From Eledone cirrhosa (taxonomy: Eukaryota): 64,000 nucleotides of DNA. The position numbers were made by a program, and so were the translations under genes. The stretch lies in NCBI GenBank assembly GCA_964016885.1, contig OZ024745.1, positions 71,300,001 through 71,364,000 of the forward strand, written 5' to 3'. Below, piece after piece: positions 36,001 to 50,239 of this stretch (its first letter is position 1; the number at the start of each line of letters is the position of its first letter). The notes below the pieces were generated by a model. It did no database searches. It was not told the DNA's origin and saw only the letters and a program-made list of their open reading frames with translations.

Positions 36001-39000
36001 AATTAACACTGCTGTCATCACCATTAACACTACTGTCATCACCATTAACACTACTGTCATCACCATTAACACTACTGTAAACACCATTAACACTACTGTC
36101 ATCACCATTAACACTGCTGTCATCACCATTAACACTACTGTCATCACCATTAACACTACTGTCATCACCACTAACACTACTGTCATCACCATTAACACTA
36201 GTGTCATCACCATTAACACTACTGTCATCACCATTAACACTACTGTCATCACCATTAACACTACTGTCATCACCACTAACACTACTGTCATCACCACTAA
36301 CACTATTGTCATCACCATTAACACTACTGTCATCACCATTAATACTACTGTCATCACCATTAACACTACTGTCATCACCACTAACACTACTGTCATCACC
36401 ATTAACACTAGTGTCATCACCATTAACACTACTGTCATCACCATTAACACTACTGTCATCACCATTAACACTACTGTCATCACCATTAACACTACTGTCA
36501 TCACCATTCTCACTACTGTCATCACCATTAAAACTACTGACATCACCATTAACACTACTGTCAACACCATTATCACTACTGTCATCACCATTAACACTAC
36601 TGACATCACCATTAACACTACTGTCATCACCATTAACACTACTGTCATCACCATTAACACTACTGTCATCACCATTAACACTACTGTCATCACCATTAAC
36701 ACTACTGTCATCACCATTAACACTACTGTCATCACCATTAACACTACTGTCAACACCATTAACACTACTGTCATCACCATTAACACTACTGTCACCACCA
36801 TTAACACTACTGTCAACACCATTAACACTACTGTCATCACCATTAACACTACTGTCACCACCATTAGCACTACTGTCATCACCATTAACACTACTGTCAA
36901 CACCATTAACACTACTGTCATCACCATTAACACTACTGTCATCACCATTAACACTACTGTCATCACCATTAACACTACTGTCAACACCGTTAACACTACT
37001 GTCATCACCATTAACACTACTGTCACCACCATTAGCACTACTGTCATCACCATTAACACTACTGTCAACACCATTAACACTGCTGTCACCACCATTAACA
37101 CTACTGTCATCACCATTATCACTACTGTCACCACCATTAGCACTACTGTCATCACCATTAACACTACTGTCAACACCATTAACACTGCTGTCACCACCAT
37201 TAACACTACTGTCATCACCATTAACACTACTGTCACCACCATTAACACTACTGTCATCACCATTAACACTACTGTCCATCACCATTAACACTACTGTCAT
37301 CACCATTAACACTACTGTCATCACCATTAACACTGCTGTCATCACCATTAACACTACTGTCATCACCATTAACACTACTGTCATCACCATTAACACTACT
37401 GTCACCACCATTAACACTACTGTCAACACCATTAACACTACTGTCATCACCATTAACACTACTGTCACCACCATTAGCACTACTGTCATCACCATTAACA
37501 CTGCTGACATCACCATTATCACTACTGTCATCACCATTAACACTACTGTCAGCACCATTAGCACTACTGTCATCACCATTAACACTACTGTCATCACCAT
37601 TAACACTACTGTCATCACCATTAACACTACTGTCATCACCATTAACACTACTGTCATCACCATTAACACTACTGTCATCACCATTAACACTACTGCCATC
37701 ACCATTAACACTATTGTCATCACCACTAACACTACTGTCATCACCATTAACACTGCTGTCATCACCAATAACACGACGGTCATCACCATTAACACTACTG
37801 TCATCACCATTAACACTACTGTCATCACCATTAACACTACTGTCATCACCATTAACACTACTGTCATCACCATTGACACTACTGTCAACACCATTAACAC
37901 TACTGTCATCACCATTAACACTACTGTCACCACCATTAGCACTACTGTCATCACCATTAACACTACTGTCTTCACCATTAACACTACTGTCATCACCATT
38001 AACACTACTGTCAACACCATTAACACTAATGTCATCACCATTAACACTGCTGTCATCACCATTAACACTACTGTCATCACCATTTACACTACTGTCAACA
38101 CCATTAACACTACTGTCATCACCATTAACACTAATGTCATCACCATTAACACTGCTGTCATCACCATTAACACTACTGTCATCACCATTTACACTACTGT
38201 CAACACCATTAACACTACTGTCTTCACCATTAACACTACTGTCAACACCATTAACACTAATGTCATCACCATTAACACTGCTGTCATCACCATTAACACT
38301 ACTGTCATCACCATTTACACTACTGTCAACACCATTAACACTACTGTCTTCACCATTAACACTGCTGTCATCACCATTAACACTATTGTCAACACCATTA
38401 ACACTACTGTCATCACCATTAACACTACTGTCATCACCATTAACACTACTGTCATCACCATTAACACTACTGTCAACACCATTAACACTACTGTCATCAC
38501 CATTAACACTGCTGTCATAACCATTAACACTACTGTCATCACCATTAACACTACTGTCATCACCAATAACACTACTGTCAACACCATTAACACTACTGTC
38601 ATCACAATTAACACTGCTGTCATCACCATTAACACTACTGTCATCACCATTAACACTACTGTCATCACCATTAACACTACTGTAAACACCATTAACACTG
38701 CTGTCATCACCAATAACACGACGGTCATCACCATTAACACTACTGTCATCACCATTAACACTACTGTCATCACCATTAACACTACTGTCATCACCATTAA
38801 CACTACTGTCATCACCATTAACACTACTGTCAACACCATTAACACTACTGTCATCACCATTAACACTACTGTCACCACCATTAGCACTACTGTCATCACC
38901 ATTAACACTACTGTCATCACCATTAACACTACTGTCATCACCATTAACACTGCTGTCACCACCATTAACACTACTGTCATCACCATTAACACTACTGTCA

Positions 39001-42000
39001 TCACCATTAACACTACTGTCAACACCATTAACACTACTGTCATCACCATTAACACTACTGTCACCACCATTAACACTACTGTCAACACCATTAACACTAC
39101 TGTCATCACCATTAACACTACTGTCACCACCATTAGCACTACTGTCATCACCATTAACACTGCTGACATCACCATTATCACTACTGTCATCACCATTAAC
39201 ACTACTGTCAGCACCATTAGCACTACTGTCATCACCATTAACACTACTGTCATCACCATCAACACTACTGTCATCACCATTAACACTACTGTCATCACCA
39301 TTAACACTACTGTCATCACCATTAACACTACTGTCATCACCATTAACACTATTGTCATCACCTCTAACACTACTGTCATCACCATTAACACTACTGTCAT
39401 CACCATTAACACTACTGTCATCACCATTAACACTGCTGTCATCACCATTAACACTGCTGTCCTCACCATTAACACTACTGTCATCACCATTAACACTACT
39501 GTCATCACCATTAACACTACTGTCATCACCAATAACACTACTGTCAACACCATTAACACTACTGTCATCAACATTAACACTGCTGTCATCACCATTAACA
39601 CTACTGTCATCTCTATTAACACTACTGTCATCACCATTAACACTACTGTAAACACCATTAACACTGCTGTCATCACCAATAACACGACGGTCATCACCAT
39701 TAACACTACTGTCATCACCATTAACACTACTGTCATCACCATTAACACTACTGTCATCACCATTAACACTACTGTCAACACCATTAACACTACTGTCATC
39801 ACCATTAACACTACTGTCACCACCATTAGCACTACTGTCATCACCATTAACACTACTGTCTTCACCATTAACACTGCTGTCATCACCAATAACACGACGG
39901 TCATCACCATTAACACTACTGTCATTACCAATAACACTACTGCCATCACCATTAACACTACTGTCATCACCATTAACACTACTGTCATCACCATTAACAC
40001 TACTGTCAACACCATTAACACTACTGTCATCACCATTAACACTACTGTCACCACCATTAGCACTACTGTCATCACCATTAACACTACTGTCATCACCATT
40101 AACACTACTCTCATCACCATTAACACTGCTGTCACCACCATTAACACTACTGTCATCACCATTAACACTACTGTCATCACCATTAACACTACTGTCAACA
40201 CCATTAACACTACTGTCATCACCATTAACACTACTGTCACCACCATTAACACTACTGTCAACACCATTAACACTACTGTCATCACCATTAACACTACTGT
40301 CATCACCATTAACACTACTGTCATCACCATTAACACTACTGTCATCACCATTAACACTACTGTCAACACCATTAACACTACTGTCATCACCATTAACACT
40401 ACTATCACCACCATTAGCACTACTGTCATCACCATTAACACTACTGTCATCACCATTAACACTACTGTCAACACCATTAACACTGCTGTCACCACCATTA
40501 ACACTACTGTCATCACCATTAACACTACTGTCATCACCATTAACACTACTGTCAACACCATTAACACTACTGTCATCACCATTAACACTACTGTCACCAC
40601 CATTAACACTACTGTCAACACCATTAACACTACTGTCATCACCATTAACACTACTGTCACCACCATTAGCACTACTGTCATCACCATTAACACTGCTGAC
40701 ATCACCATTATCACTACTGTCATCACCATTAACACTACTGTCAGCACCATTAGCACTACAGTCATCACCATTAACACTACTGTCATCACCATTAACACTA
40801 CTGTCATCACCATTAACACTACTGTCATCACCATTAACACTACTGTCATCACCATTAACACTACTGTCATCACCATTAACACTACTGTCATCACCATTAA
40901 CACTATTGTCATCACCACTAACACTACTGTCATCACCATTAACACTGCTGTCATCACCAATAACACGACGGTCATCACCATTAACACTACTGTCATCACC
41001 ATTAACACTACTGTCATCACCATTAACACTACTGTCATCACCATTAACACTACTGTCATCACCATTAACACTACTGTCAACACCATTAACACTACTGTCA
41101 TCACCATTAACACTACTGTCACCACCATTAGCACTACTGTCATCACCATTAACACCACTGTCTTCACCATTAACACTACTGTCATCACCATTAACACTGC
41201 TGTCATCACCATTAACACTACTGTCATCACCATTTACACTACTGTCAACACCATTAACACTACTGTCATCACCATTAACACTAATGTCATCACCATTAAC
41301 ACTGCTGTCATCACCATTAAGACTACTGTCATCACCATTTACACTATTGTCAACACCATTAACACTACTGTCTTCACCATTAACACTACTGTCAACACCA
41401 TTAACACTAATGTCATCACCATTAACACTGCTGTCATCACCATTAACACTACTGTCATCACCATTTACACTACTGTCAACACCATTAACACTACTGTCTT
41501 CACCATTAACACTGCTGTCATCACCATTAACACTACTGTCAACACCATTAACACTACTGTCATCACTATTAACACTACTGTCATCACCATTAACACTACT
41601 GTCATCACCATTAACACTACTGTCAACACCATTAACACTACTGTCATCACCATTAACACTGCTGTCATAACCATTAACACTACTGTCATCACCATTAACA
41701 CTACTGTCATCACCAATAACACTACTGTCAACACCATTAACACTACTGTCATCACAATTAACACTGTGCTGTCATCACCATTAACACTACTGTCATCACC
41801 ATTAACACTACTGTCATCACCATTAACACTACTGTAAACACCATTAACACTGCTGTCATCACCAATAACACGACGGTCATCACCATTAACACTACTGTCA
41901 TCACCATTAACACTACTGTCATCACCATTAACACTACTGTCATCACCATTAACACTACTGTCATCACCATTAACACTACTGTCAACACCATTAACACTAC

Positions 42001-45000
42001 TGTCATCACCATTAACACTACTGTCACCACCATTAGCACTACTGTCATCACCATTAACACTACTGTCATCACCATTAACACTACTGTCATCACCATTAAC
42101 ACTGCTGTCACCACCATTAACACTACTGTCATCACCATTAACACTACTGTCATCACCATTAACACTACTGTCAACACCATTAACACTACTGTCATCACCA
42201 TTAACACTACTGTCACCACCATTAACACTACTGTCAACACCATTAACACTACTGTCACCACCATTAACACTACTGTCATCACCATTAACACTACTGTCAT
42301 CACCATTAACACTACTGTCATCACCATTAACACTGCTGTCACCACCATTAACACTACTGTCATCACCATTAACACTACTGTCATCACCATTAACACTACT
42401 GTCAACACCATTAACACTACTGTCATCACCATTAACACTACTGTCACCACCATTAACACTACTGTCATCACCATTAACACTGCTGTCACCACCATTAACA
42501 CTACTGTCATCACCATTAACACTACTGTCATCACCATTAACACTACTGTCACCACCATTAGCACTACTGTCATCACCATTAACACTGCTGACATCACCAT
42601 TATCACTACTGTCATCACCATTAACACTACTGTCAGCACCATTAGCACTACTGTCATCACCATTAACACTACTGTCATCACCATTAACACTACTGTCATC
42701 ACCATTAACACTACTGTCATCACCATTAACACTACTGTCATCACCATTAACACTACTGTCATCACCATTAACACTACTGTCATCACCATTAACACTATTG
42801 TCATCACCTCTAACACTACTGTCATCACCATTAACACTACTGTCATCACCATTAACACTACTGTCATCACCATTAACACTGCTGTCACCACCATTAACAC
42901 TACTGTCATCACCATTAACACTACTGTCATCACCATTAACACTACTGTCACCACCATTAGCACTACTGTCATCACCATTAACACTGCTGTCATCACCATT
43001 AACACTACTGTCATCACCATTTACACTACTGTCAACACCATTAACACTACTGTCTTCACCATTAACACTGCTGTCATCACCATTAACACTACTGTCAACA
43101 CCATTAACACAACTGTCATCACCATTAACACTACTGTCATCACCATTAACACTACTGTCATCACCATTAACACTACTGTCAACACCATTAACACTACTGT
43201 CATCACCATTAACACTGCTGTCATCACCATTAACACTACTGTCATCACCATTAACACTACTGTCATCACCAATAACACTACTGTCAACACCATTAACACT
43301 ACTGTCATCACCATTAACACTGCTGTCATCACCATTAACACTACTGTCATCACCATTAACACTACTGTCATCACCATTAACACTGCTGTCATCACCATTA
43401 ACACTGCTGTCATGACCATTAACACTACTGTCATCACCATTAACACTACTGTCATCACCATTAACACTGCTGTCATCACCATTAACACTACTGTCATCAC
43501 CATTAACACTACTGTCATCACCATTAACACTACTGTCAACACCATTAACACTGCTGTCATCACCATTAACACTACTGTCATCACCATTAACACTACTGTC
43601 ATCACCATTAACACTACTGTCATCACCATTAACACTAATGTCATCACCATTAACACTGCTGTCAACACCATTAACACTACTGTCATCACCATTAACACTA
43701 CTGTCATCACCATTAACACTACTGTCATCACCATTAACACTACTGTCATCACCATTAACACTGCTGTCATCACCATTAACACTACTGTCATCACCATTAG
43801 CACTACTGTCATCACCATTAACACTGCTGTCATCACCATTAACACTAATGTCATCTCCATTAACACTGCTGTCAACACCATTAACACTACTGTCATCACC
43901 ATTAACACTACTGTCATCACCATTAACACTACTGTCATCACCATTAACACTACTGTCATCACCATTAACACTACTGTCATCACTATTAACACTACTGTAA
44001 ACACCATTAACACTGCTGTCATCACCAATAACACGACGGTCATCACCATTAACACTACTGTCATCACCATTAACACTACTGTCATCACCATTAACACTAC
44101 TGTCATCACCATTAACACTACTGTCATCACCATTAACACTACTGTCAACACCATTAACACTACTGTCATCACCATTAACACTACTGTCACCACCATTAGC
44201 ACTACTGTCATCACCATTAACACTACTGTCATCACCATTAACACTACTCTCATCACCATTAACACTGCTGTCACCACCATTAACACTACTGTCATCACCA
44301 TTAACACTACTGTCATCACCATTAACACTACTGTCAACACCATTAACACTACTGTCATCACCATTAACACTACTGTCATCACCATTAACACTGCTGTCAT
44401 CACCATTAACACTACTGTCATCACCATTAACACTACTGTCATCACCATTAACACTACTGTCATCACCATTAACACTACTGTCATCACCATTAACACTACT
44501 GTCATCACCATTAACACTACTGTCATCACCATTAACACTACTGTCATCACCATTAACACTACTGTCATCACCATTAACACTACTGTCATCACCATTAACA
44601 CTACTGTCATCACCATTAACACTACTGTCATCATCATTAACACTACTGTCATCACCATTAACACTACTGTCATCACCATTAACACTACTGTCATCACCAT
44701 TAACACTACTGTCAACACCATTAACACTGCTGTCATCACCATTAACACTACTGTCATCACCATTAACACTACTGTCATCACCATTAACACTGCTGTCATC
44801 ACCATTAACACTACTGTCATCACCATTAACACTACTGTCATCACCATTAACACTACTGTCATCACCATTAACACTGCTGTCATCACCATTAACACTACTG
44901 TCATCACCATTAACACTGCTGTCATCACCATTAACACTGCTGTCATCACCATTAACACTGCTGTCATCACCATTAACACTACTGTCATCACCATTAACAC

Positions 45001-45485
45001 TACTGTCATCACCATTAACACTGCTGTCATCACCATTAACACTACTGTCATCACCATTAACACTACTGTCATCACCATTAACACTGCTGTCATCACCATT
45101 AACACTACTGTCATCACCATTAACACTACTGTCATCACCATTAACACTACTGTCATCACCATTAACACTACTGTCATCACCATTAACACTGCTGTCATCA
45201 CCATTAACACTGCTGTCATCACCTTAACACTGCTGTCATCACCTTAACACTACTGTCATCACCATTAACACTACTGTCATCACCATTAACACTACTGTCA
45301 TCACCATTATCACTACTGTCATCACCATTATCACTACTGCCATCACCATTAACACTGCTGTCAACACCATTAACACTACTGTCAACACCATTATCACTAC
45401 TGTCATCACCATTAACACTACTGTCATCACCATTATCACTACTGTCATCACCATTATCACTACTGCCATCACCATTAACACTACA
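1..45485. repeat. 21-bp tandem satellite, consensus ACACTACTGTCATCACCATTA, >2,100 units, open at the left window edge
   Basis: Directly visible 21-bp period with recurring single-base variants (GCT/ACT, AAC/ATC/ACC, TAGC, CGACGG). Units become more diverged near 45,220-45,485. Confidence 0.99.
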
Positions 45486-45490
45486 CTTAC

Positions 45491-45603
45491 CAATATTACT
45501 GTCGTCAGCCATCATTAACACAATTAGGATGAGTCGCGTTTGATGTTATTTGTGTGTTGCCTTCTTTAAACCATGTTCAGGTATTGGATTTGAATGGCCA
45601 TTC
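45491..45603 (-). pseudogene. Possible decayed exon encoding an Ig-domain-like fragment
   Basis: Minus strand has an acceptor-like TTTTTATTCAG and a donor G|GTAAGT at ~45,490. It translates as NGHSNPIPEH, then after a frameshift WFKEGNTQITS, resembling the Ig SNPxP-x-x-x-WxK motif. Contains stops. Confidence 0.25.
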
Positions 45604-46654
45604 TGAATAAAAACTATATTTTAGTAAAGACAAGGTTATTTCCCTTTGTTGAAGATATACTAATTTGTTACTTGTGAAAGGTTTTATTTTTGTCGAGAAG
45701 AACACCCATATCTCTCCTGTTTAGATGTGTAATTCCATGCTGGATGTAGCCTTCAGAAAATTTGAAATCTCCCATTAAAAGTGCAATGATCTCTGATCAA
45801 GTATAACATAAGGTTTGACTAATGAATTACAAAGCATCCTTGAAGTGATCTTTGTACTTAACCGCAAGTGTGGCAGGTAATGATGAAACTGCGGTCAATC
45901 ATATGCATTACTAGTGTATTGCACACTGTGTGGTATTGGGAGAGGAAACCATATATTGAAGATAATTTTTTGTTAAGATCATTTCTTTACCTCTAACAAC
46001 GGAAATAGGGCTTCTTAAATTCAATGGCTCGTGCCAACTGGCCCAACTGGACCCCTTTATGTTCTGACCTAGATCTAAGTTCTAAACACCTTCTAATTTA
46101 AAATACACCAACGGAACTAACAGTAGTACAAAACAATGGTGATGCCTGTTTTTATGCGTTAGAATATCACTACTGGCCCGGAATAACTGTACTACAGTCA
46201 GGGTCCCATCAATATTTAAATAGTCCCAAATTAATATTTTACCACCATTAACAATACGCAAGGGACCAGATTAAATTTCCAGCCATTGGCTCCATTCAAC
46301 TTTTATCTAACCCTACCTTTCAGACGATTATCAATAATATGTTCAATTATAACACACAATCAAATGTTATAGTGATTGTGAAAATGTTTATGAATGTAGT
46401 CTGGACATATGTACTTGCAGTACTTGAAATATATCTAACTATGGAACCTCTATAAATACATATTGCACAGTTATTGATTCCATCGATCCTCTTCTGATTT
46501 CCGTTAAATGTTATGTCTCCTCCGGTCAAGGTTAAATAAGAAAATCTGCATCAAAAGTGTGAGAAAACTTCAAATATTCTATTACAACTACAGCTTCCCA
46601 CTTCACTATTCCATTAGCTGCAATGTACTATATCCTCGACATGTTCGTAAAACA

Positions 46655-46940
46655 TGACCTTTTAGGGATTTCTTGGGCATAATATTACTGACAAGCAAGA
46701 ACCACACCTTGCTGCTGTAAAATGATGGGACCTCTCCTAGCCAGTACTATTTGCCAGGGTACAGTTGAAAGAGAGAGAAGTGGTAGACAAAGAAAAGCCT
46801 GGTCTGACATCATCAAGTACTGGACAGGCCACAAAACTTAACACATCTGTAGATGGGAAAGGACAGAGACGAATGCTAACTGCAAAAACATCCCGAGTAG
46901 CAACTCAACGACTGGCTGTGCTAGTTACGGGAACTTAATA
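46655..46940 (+). mobile_element. RTE-clade LINE 3' fragment
   Basis: Translates to LLGISW...TICQGTVERERSGRQRKAWSDIIKYWTG, matching the RTE ORF C-terminal motif (QG.VEG.R.RGRQRK.W.D.IK.WTG). Degenerate. Confidence 0.75.
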
Positions 46941-46992
46941 GTGAGTTATAATATAAAACATAAAGGCAAATTCGGAATTGTGTAGTAATAAT

Positions 46993-47208
46993 GGTTTCTT
47001 ATATAGGCACAAGGCCAGCAATTTTAGGGGAGAGGAAAGTCGATTAATTCGACCACAGTACGTGACTGGTACTTTATTTTATCGACCCCGTAAGGATGAA
47101 AGGCAAAGTTAACCTTGGCGGGATTTGAACTCAGATCATAAAGGGCTGTAACTCTATGCTGCAAAGCATGGCGTCCGACCATCTACCGATACTGCCAATC
47201 CACCGCCC
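46993..47208 (-). mobile_element. tRNA-derived SINE (Octopus-type)
   Basis: Minus strand has a GGGCGGTGGATTGGCAG head, a B-box-like GAGTTCAAATCC, a central TTTGCCTTTCATCCTTACGGGGTCGATAAAATAAAGTACCAG and a GGCCTTGTGCC tail. Homologous copies lie at 62.1-62.8 kb. Confidence 0.85.
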
Positions 47209-47359
47209 TTAATAAGAGTTATAAGAAATAACCTGACACCATAATCTAATGAACGCATATATGAAGCCATATTTACATACGTTTACGTATAATAAACATA
47301 CATATACTCTAGCTATGAATATTTGAAGCTGTAATCGCATCACAGCTAGAAGGAAAATG

Positions 47360-47475
47360 GTCATACCAGCACTGGGCTGGTATCTTCTTTATCATCTCCG
47401 AGAGGATAAGAAGCAAAGTGGACAGCGGCGGAATTTGAACTCAAAGAACGCTCAGACTAAACTCTGACAAATCGG
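47360..47475 (-). mobile_element. Degenerate fragment of the same SINE family
   Basis: CTGGTATC...AGCAAAGTGGACAGCGGCGGAATTTGAACTCA is similar to 47,066-47,133. Confidence 0.6.
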
Positions 47476-48369
47476 GAACCTAATTATATATATACATATA
47501 CATATTTGTTCAACGGGACATCGACCGTTGTAGCAGAGGTAGAGGAAACAGTCGTCAAGATACAATATCAGTAGTTGTTGGTTTTTGTTGTTGTTGTTTG
47601 GAAAAATATATCAGATACTTCTAATGGATTCGAACTCGATTGTTTAACAACTACAATATTTCTGTTGATCCGTTTTAAAGGAAGAGGATAAGATAAGTAA
47701 ATATAGAAAGAAGGAACGAGATAAAGAGAGAAAGAAGCAACAAATAAGAAGGTGGATGAGAGAGAGAGAGGGGGTGTCAGGGAAACGTTGAGAGATAGGG
47801 TGGTATTTAGAGATATATAGCGATGTATTAGGGAAAAGAGAAAGATAGAAAGAGCAAGGATAGCAGAGAGTGGTATTGGAGAAGAGACACACAGACAGAT
47901 AGAAAGAGAGCAACAAAGATTTCTTAACAGACGTGTTAGTCTACAGATTATTTCTGACAAACAGTCTATTTTCAAAGTAAATTTCACCTTAATTTAAGAC
48001 CATGTAGCCTCTTCAGGAGTTTGTCTTTGAGTGGAAGCCAACAAACTATAAGTCGAAATTTTATTGGCAGTAAACCAATATAAACAAAAGATCGTTCATT
48101 TGTCTAATCTTCTCATTACTGGAACTTTTTAATTAATCATCCAAAGTCAGAAATGAGGTTGAACATGTACGAAAGCCAAAATTTCTTAATTGCCGTAATA
48201 TATGCAATACACCGCTTACAGATCTCAATACCATTATTAACGCTGCAAGAAGACAGGTTCAACTGCCGTCTAAACTAATTATTAATAAATTACGTAATGT
48301 TTCAATAGTGTCTTATGAATAATTGTTTCGAATTGTTACGTGTAAAGTATGTTTGTTGGATCTCCTTCT

Positions 48370-48695
48370 GTTGCGACGACGGGTGTTCCAGTTGTTCGAT
48401 AAACGGAAAAGTCTCCTCGTGCAATTTAATAGAAATTAAGGTGCGAGTATATGAGCATCATTCCAAAGACACAGACACGTGTACTCTTGACAAACTTCTC
48501 AGGGAGAATCAGAGTGACACAAAATGTGACAAGATTGGACCTTTCAATTAAGAGTGCAGTCCTTCTGAAGGGCTTCGGAACAGTTTTTGTCTACCCAATT
48601 TCCCTCACAAGGTATGTGTCGATCCGAGGCTATAGTAAATGACATTTACTCAATATGTCATGCATTGGGATCGAACACGTGATCTAATGACTGCT
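48370..48695 (-). mobile_element. Second SINE family (CORE-like), degenerate
   Basis: Shares GTGTTCCAG...CACAGACACGTGTAC...CAGGGAGAATCAGAGTGACACA with 62,790-63,070 and has a reverse B-box-like GGGATCGAAC at ~48,668. Confidence 0.7.
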
Positions 48696-48699
48696 TCCA

Positions 48700-48739
48700 A
48701 TATATATATATATATGTGTGTGTATGTGTGTGTGTGTGT

Positions 48740-48800
<61 letters not shown>
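48700..48800. repeat. (TA)n-(TG)n microsatellite
   Basis: Direct. Confidence 0.95.
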
Positions 48801-48801
<1 letters not shown>

Positions 48802-48812
48802 TAATATAGAAG

Positions 48813-48863
48813 AGCTTCTACAGGACTAGAACTGTTTCATTCGTGAGAAATCATCAGGAAGCT
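48813..48863 (-). ncRNA. Type I hammerhead ribozyme, family E
   Basis: Minus strand reads AGCTTC-CTGATGA-tttc tcac gaat-GAAA-CAG ttctagtc CTG-TA-GAAGCT: 6-bp stem I, short stem II, 3-bp stem III, GUA cleavage triplet. It lies in a ~100-bp fragment between microsatellites. Confidence 0.85.
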
Positions 48864-48897
48864 TACTGTGGTTACCCCCGATTCAACCCCAAAATAA

Positions 48898-49002
<105 letters not shown>

Positions 49003-49147
49003 ACAGGGAGAAAGAGGCGATTATGAGGAAGAAAAAATTTTTTTTTTCCTTTCTTGTGTCTCTCTCTCTCTCTCTTTTTTCTGGGTTAGAAAATGATTAA
49101 AACGAAATGTTTTACTTTGTGTATATACATATAGGAAAATGTTCAAG

Positions 49148-49240
49148 ACCCCGACGGCAGACCTCAAGCCCTTTCGACGGCTATTTCTGGGCTAAATTAA
49201 ATATTTAGCAGGTAGAAAATAGCCGAACTTTTCAAGGGGT
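49148..49240 (-). ncRNA. Type I HHR, family C, variant core UUGAAAA (U3-A8)
   Basis: Minus strand reads ACCCC-TTGAAAA-gttcggctatttt...aaatagccgtc-GAAA-gggc...gccg-TC-GGGGT, with one stem III mismatch. Confidence 0.7.
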
Positions 49241-49444
49241 TATTCCATATATGGGCGTGCGGTAATCATGCATTTCTGAAGATTGTAGTTGTCAAAATGA
49301 TTAGTCAAAATTCCTTATAAATACAATTAAATCTTACATGGCGGTGGGTGGCTGAACTTGCGTGTAGAACAAGTACAGTCTTGAGAATCTTGTCAACTAC
49401 AATCTTCAGAAATACATGATTATCGCCCGCCCATATATGGAATT

Positions 49445-49539
49445 ACCCCTTGAAAAGTTCGGCTATTTACTACCACACTAAAAATCTAATTTAGTCCAGA
49501 AATAGCCGTCGAAACGGCTTGAGCTCTGCCGTCGGGGGT
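49445..49539 (+). ncRNA. Type I HHR, family C, variant core UUGAAAA (U3-A8)
   Basis: ACCCC-TTGAAAA(49,450-56)-stem II CGGCTATTT/AAATAGCCG-GAAA(49,511-14)-stem III CGGC/GCCG-TC-GGGG. GUC cleavage triplet. Confidence 0.8.
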
Positions 49540-49632
49540 CTTGAACATTTTCCTATTACCCACTCTACAACCCAAAACATTGAGTACTCTGGTGCATTAT
49601 GGTCCACCTGATTCCTTACCATACTTCCTTCG

Positions 49633-49749
<117 letters not shown>

Positions 49750-49778
49750 CATCAGAAGATGGTTAAAGGAGTTCCATG

Positions 49779-49849
49779 TATTTTATTATGCGCATTTCAA
49801 AAACAAACATCATCATGCAATAATATTTGTGTTTTCATCAGATAAAACA
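49779..49849 (-). ncRNA. Minimal type I HHR, family A
   Basis: Reverse complement of 49,968-50,038. Confidence 0.8.
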
Positions 49850-49967
49850 GGAGAACAGGATATGAAGGCTAAAAAACACTTGTGGATAGTGCAGTTTTAA
49901 ATCAACATATGTTGATTTAAAACTGCACTATCCACAAGTGTTTTTTAGCCTTCATATCCTGTTCTCC

Positions 49968-50038
49968 TGTTTTATCTGATGAAAACACAAATATTATTGC
50001 ATGATGATGTTTGTTTTTGAAATGCGCATAATAAAATA
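49968..50038 (+). ncRNA. Minimal type I HHR, family A
   Basis: TGTTTTAT-CTGATGA-long stem II-GAAA-TGCGCA-TA-ATAAAATA. Confidence 0.8.
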
Positions 50039-50159
50039 CATGGAACTCCTTTAACCATCTTTTGATCTTATATTATGTATACTCCAGTCCTACAAACTGT
50101 AGAGTGCTTCTTATCCGATATCTGCATTGCTTTATTGTACTACAATAAAACTCACCTCC

Positions 50160-50197
<38 letters not shown>

Positions 50198-50198
50198 A

Positions 50199-50239
<41 letters not shown>

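Noticed and set aside
1-45485. CRISPR-like or telomeric array
   Set aside because: There are no unique spacers, no cas genes and no TTAGGG-type motif. The units are contiguous.
200-45521. Giant ORFs (TTVITIN, SSPLTLL, GDDSSVN and VMTVVLM repeats) resembling mucin-like or acidic biomineral proteins
   Set aside because: Four frames are open only because the 21-bp unit lacks stops; no single substitution in the TTVITIN or GDDSSVN consensus codons can create one. At least 12 frameshifting indels occur, and no unique N- or C-terminal domain is visible. Transcript data would be needed to revive the idea.
46347-46529. 60-aa minus-strand ORF
   Set aside because: No recognisable motif and a non-ATG start. 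It could be part of a decayed gene but cannot be supported from the sequence.
46993-47208. tRNA gene suggested by A/B-box-like motifs
   Set aside because: No cloverleaf; these are the heads of multi-copy SINEs.
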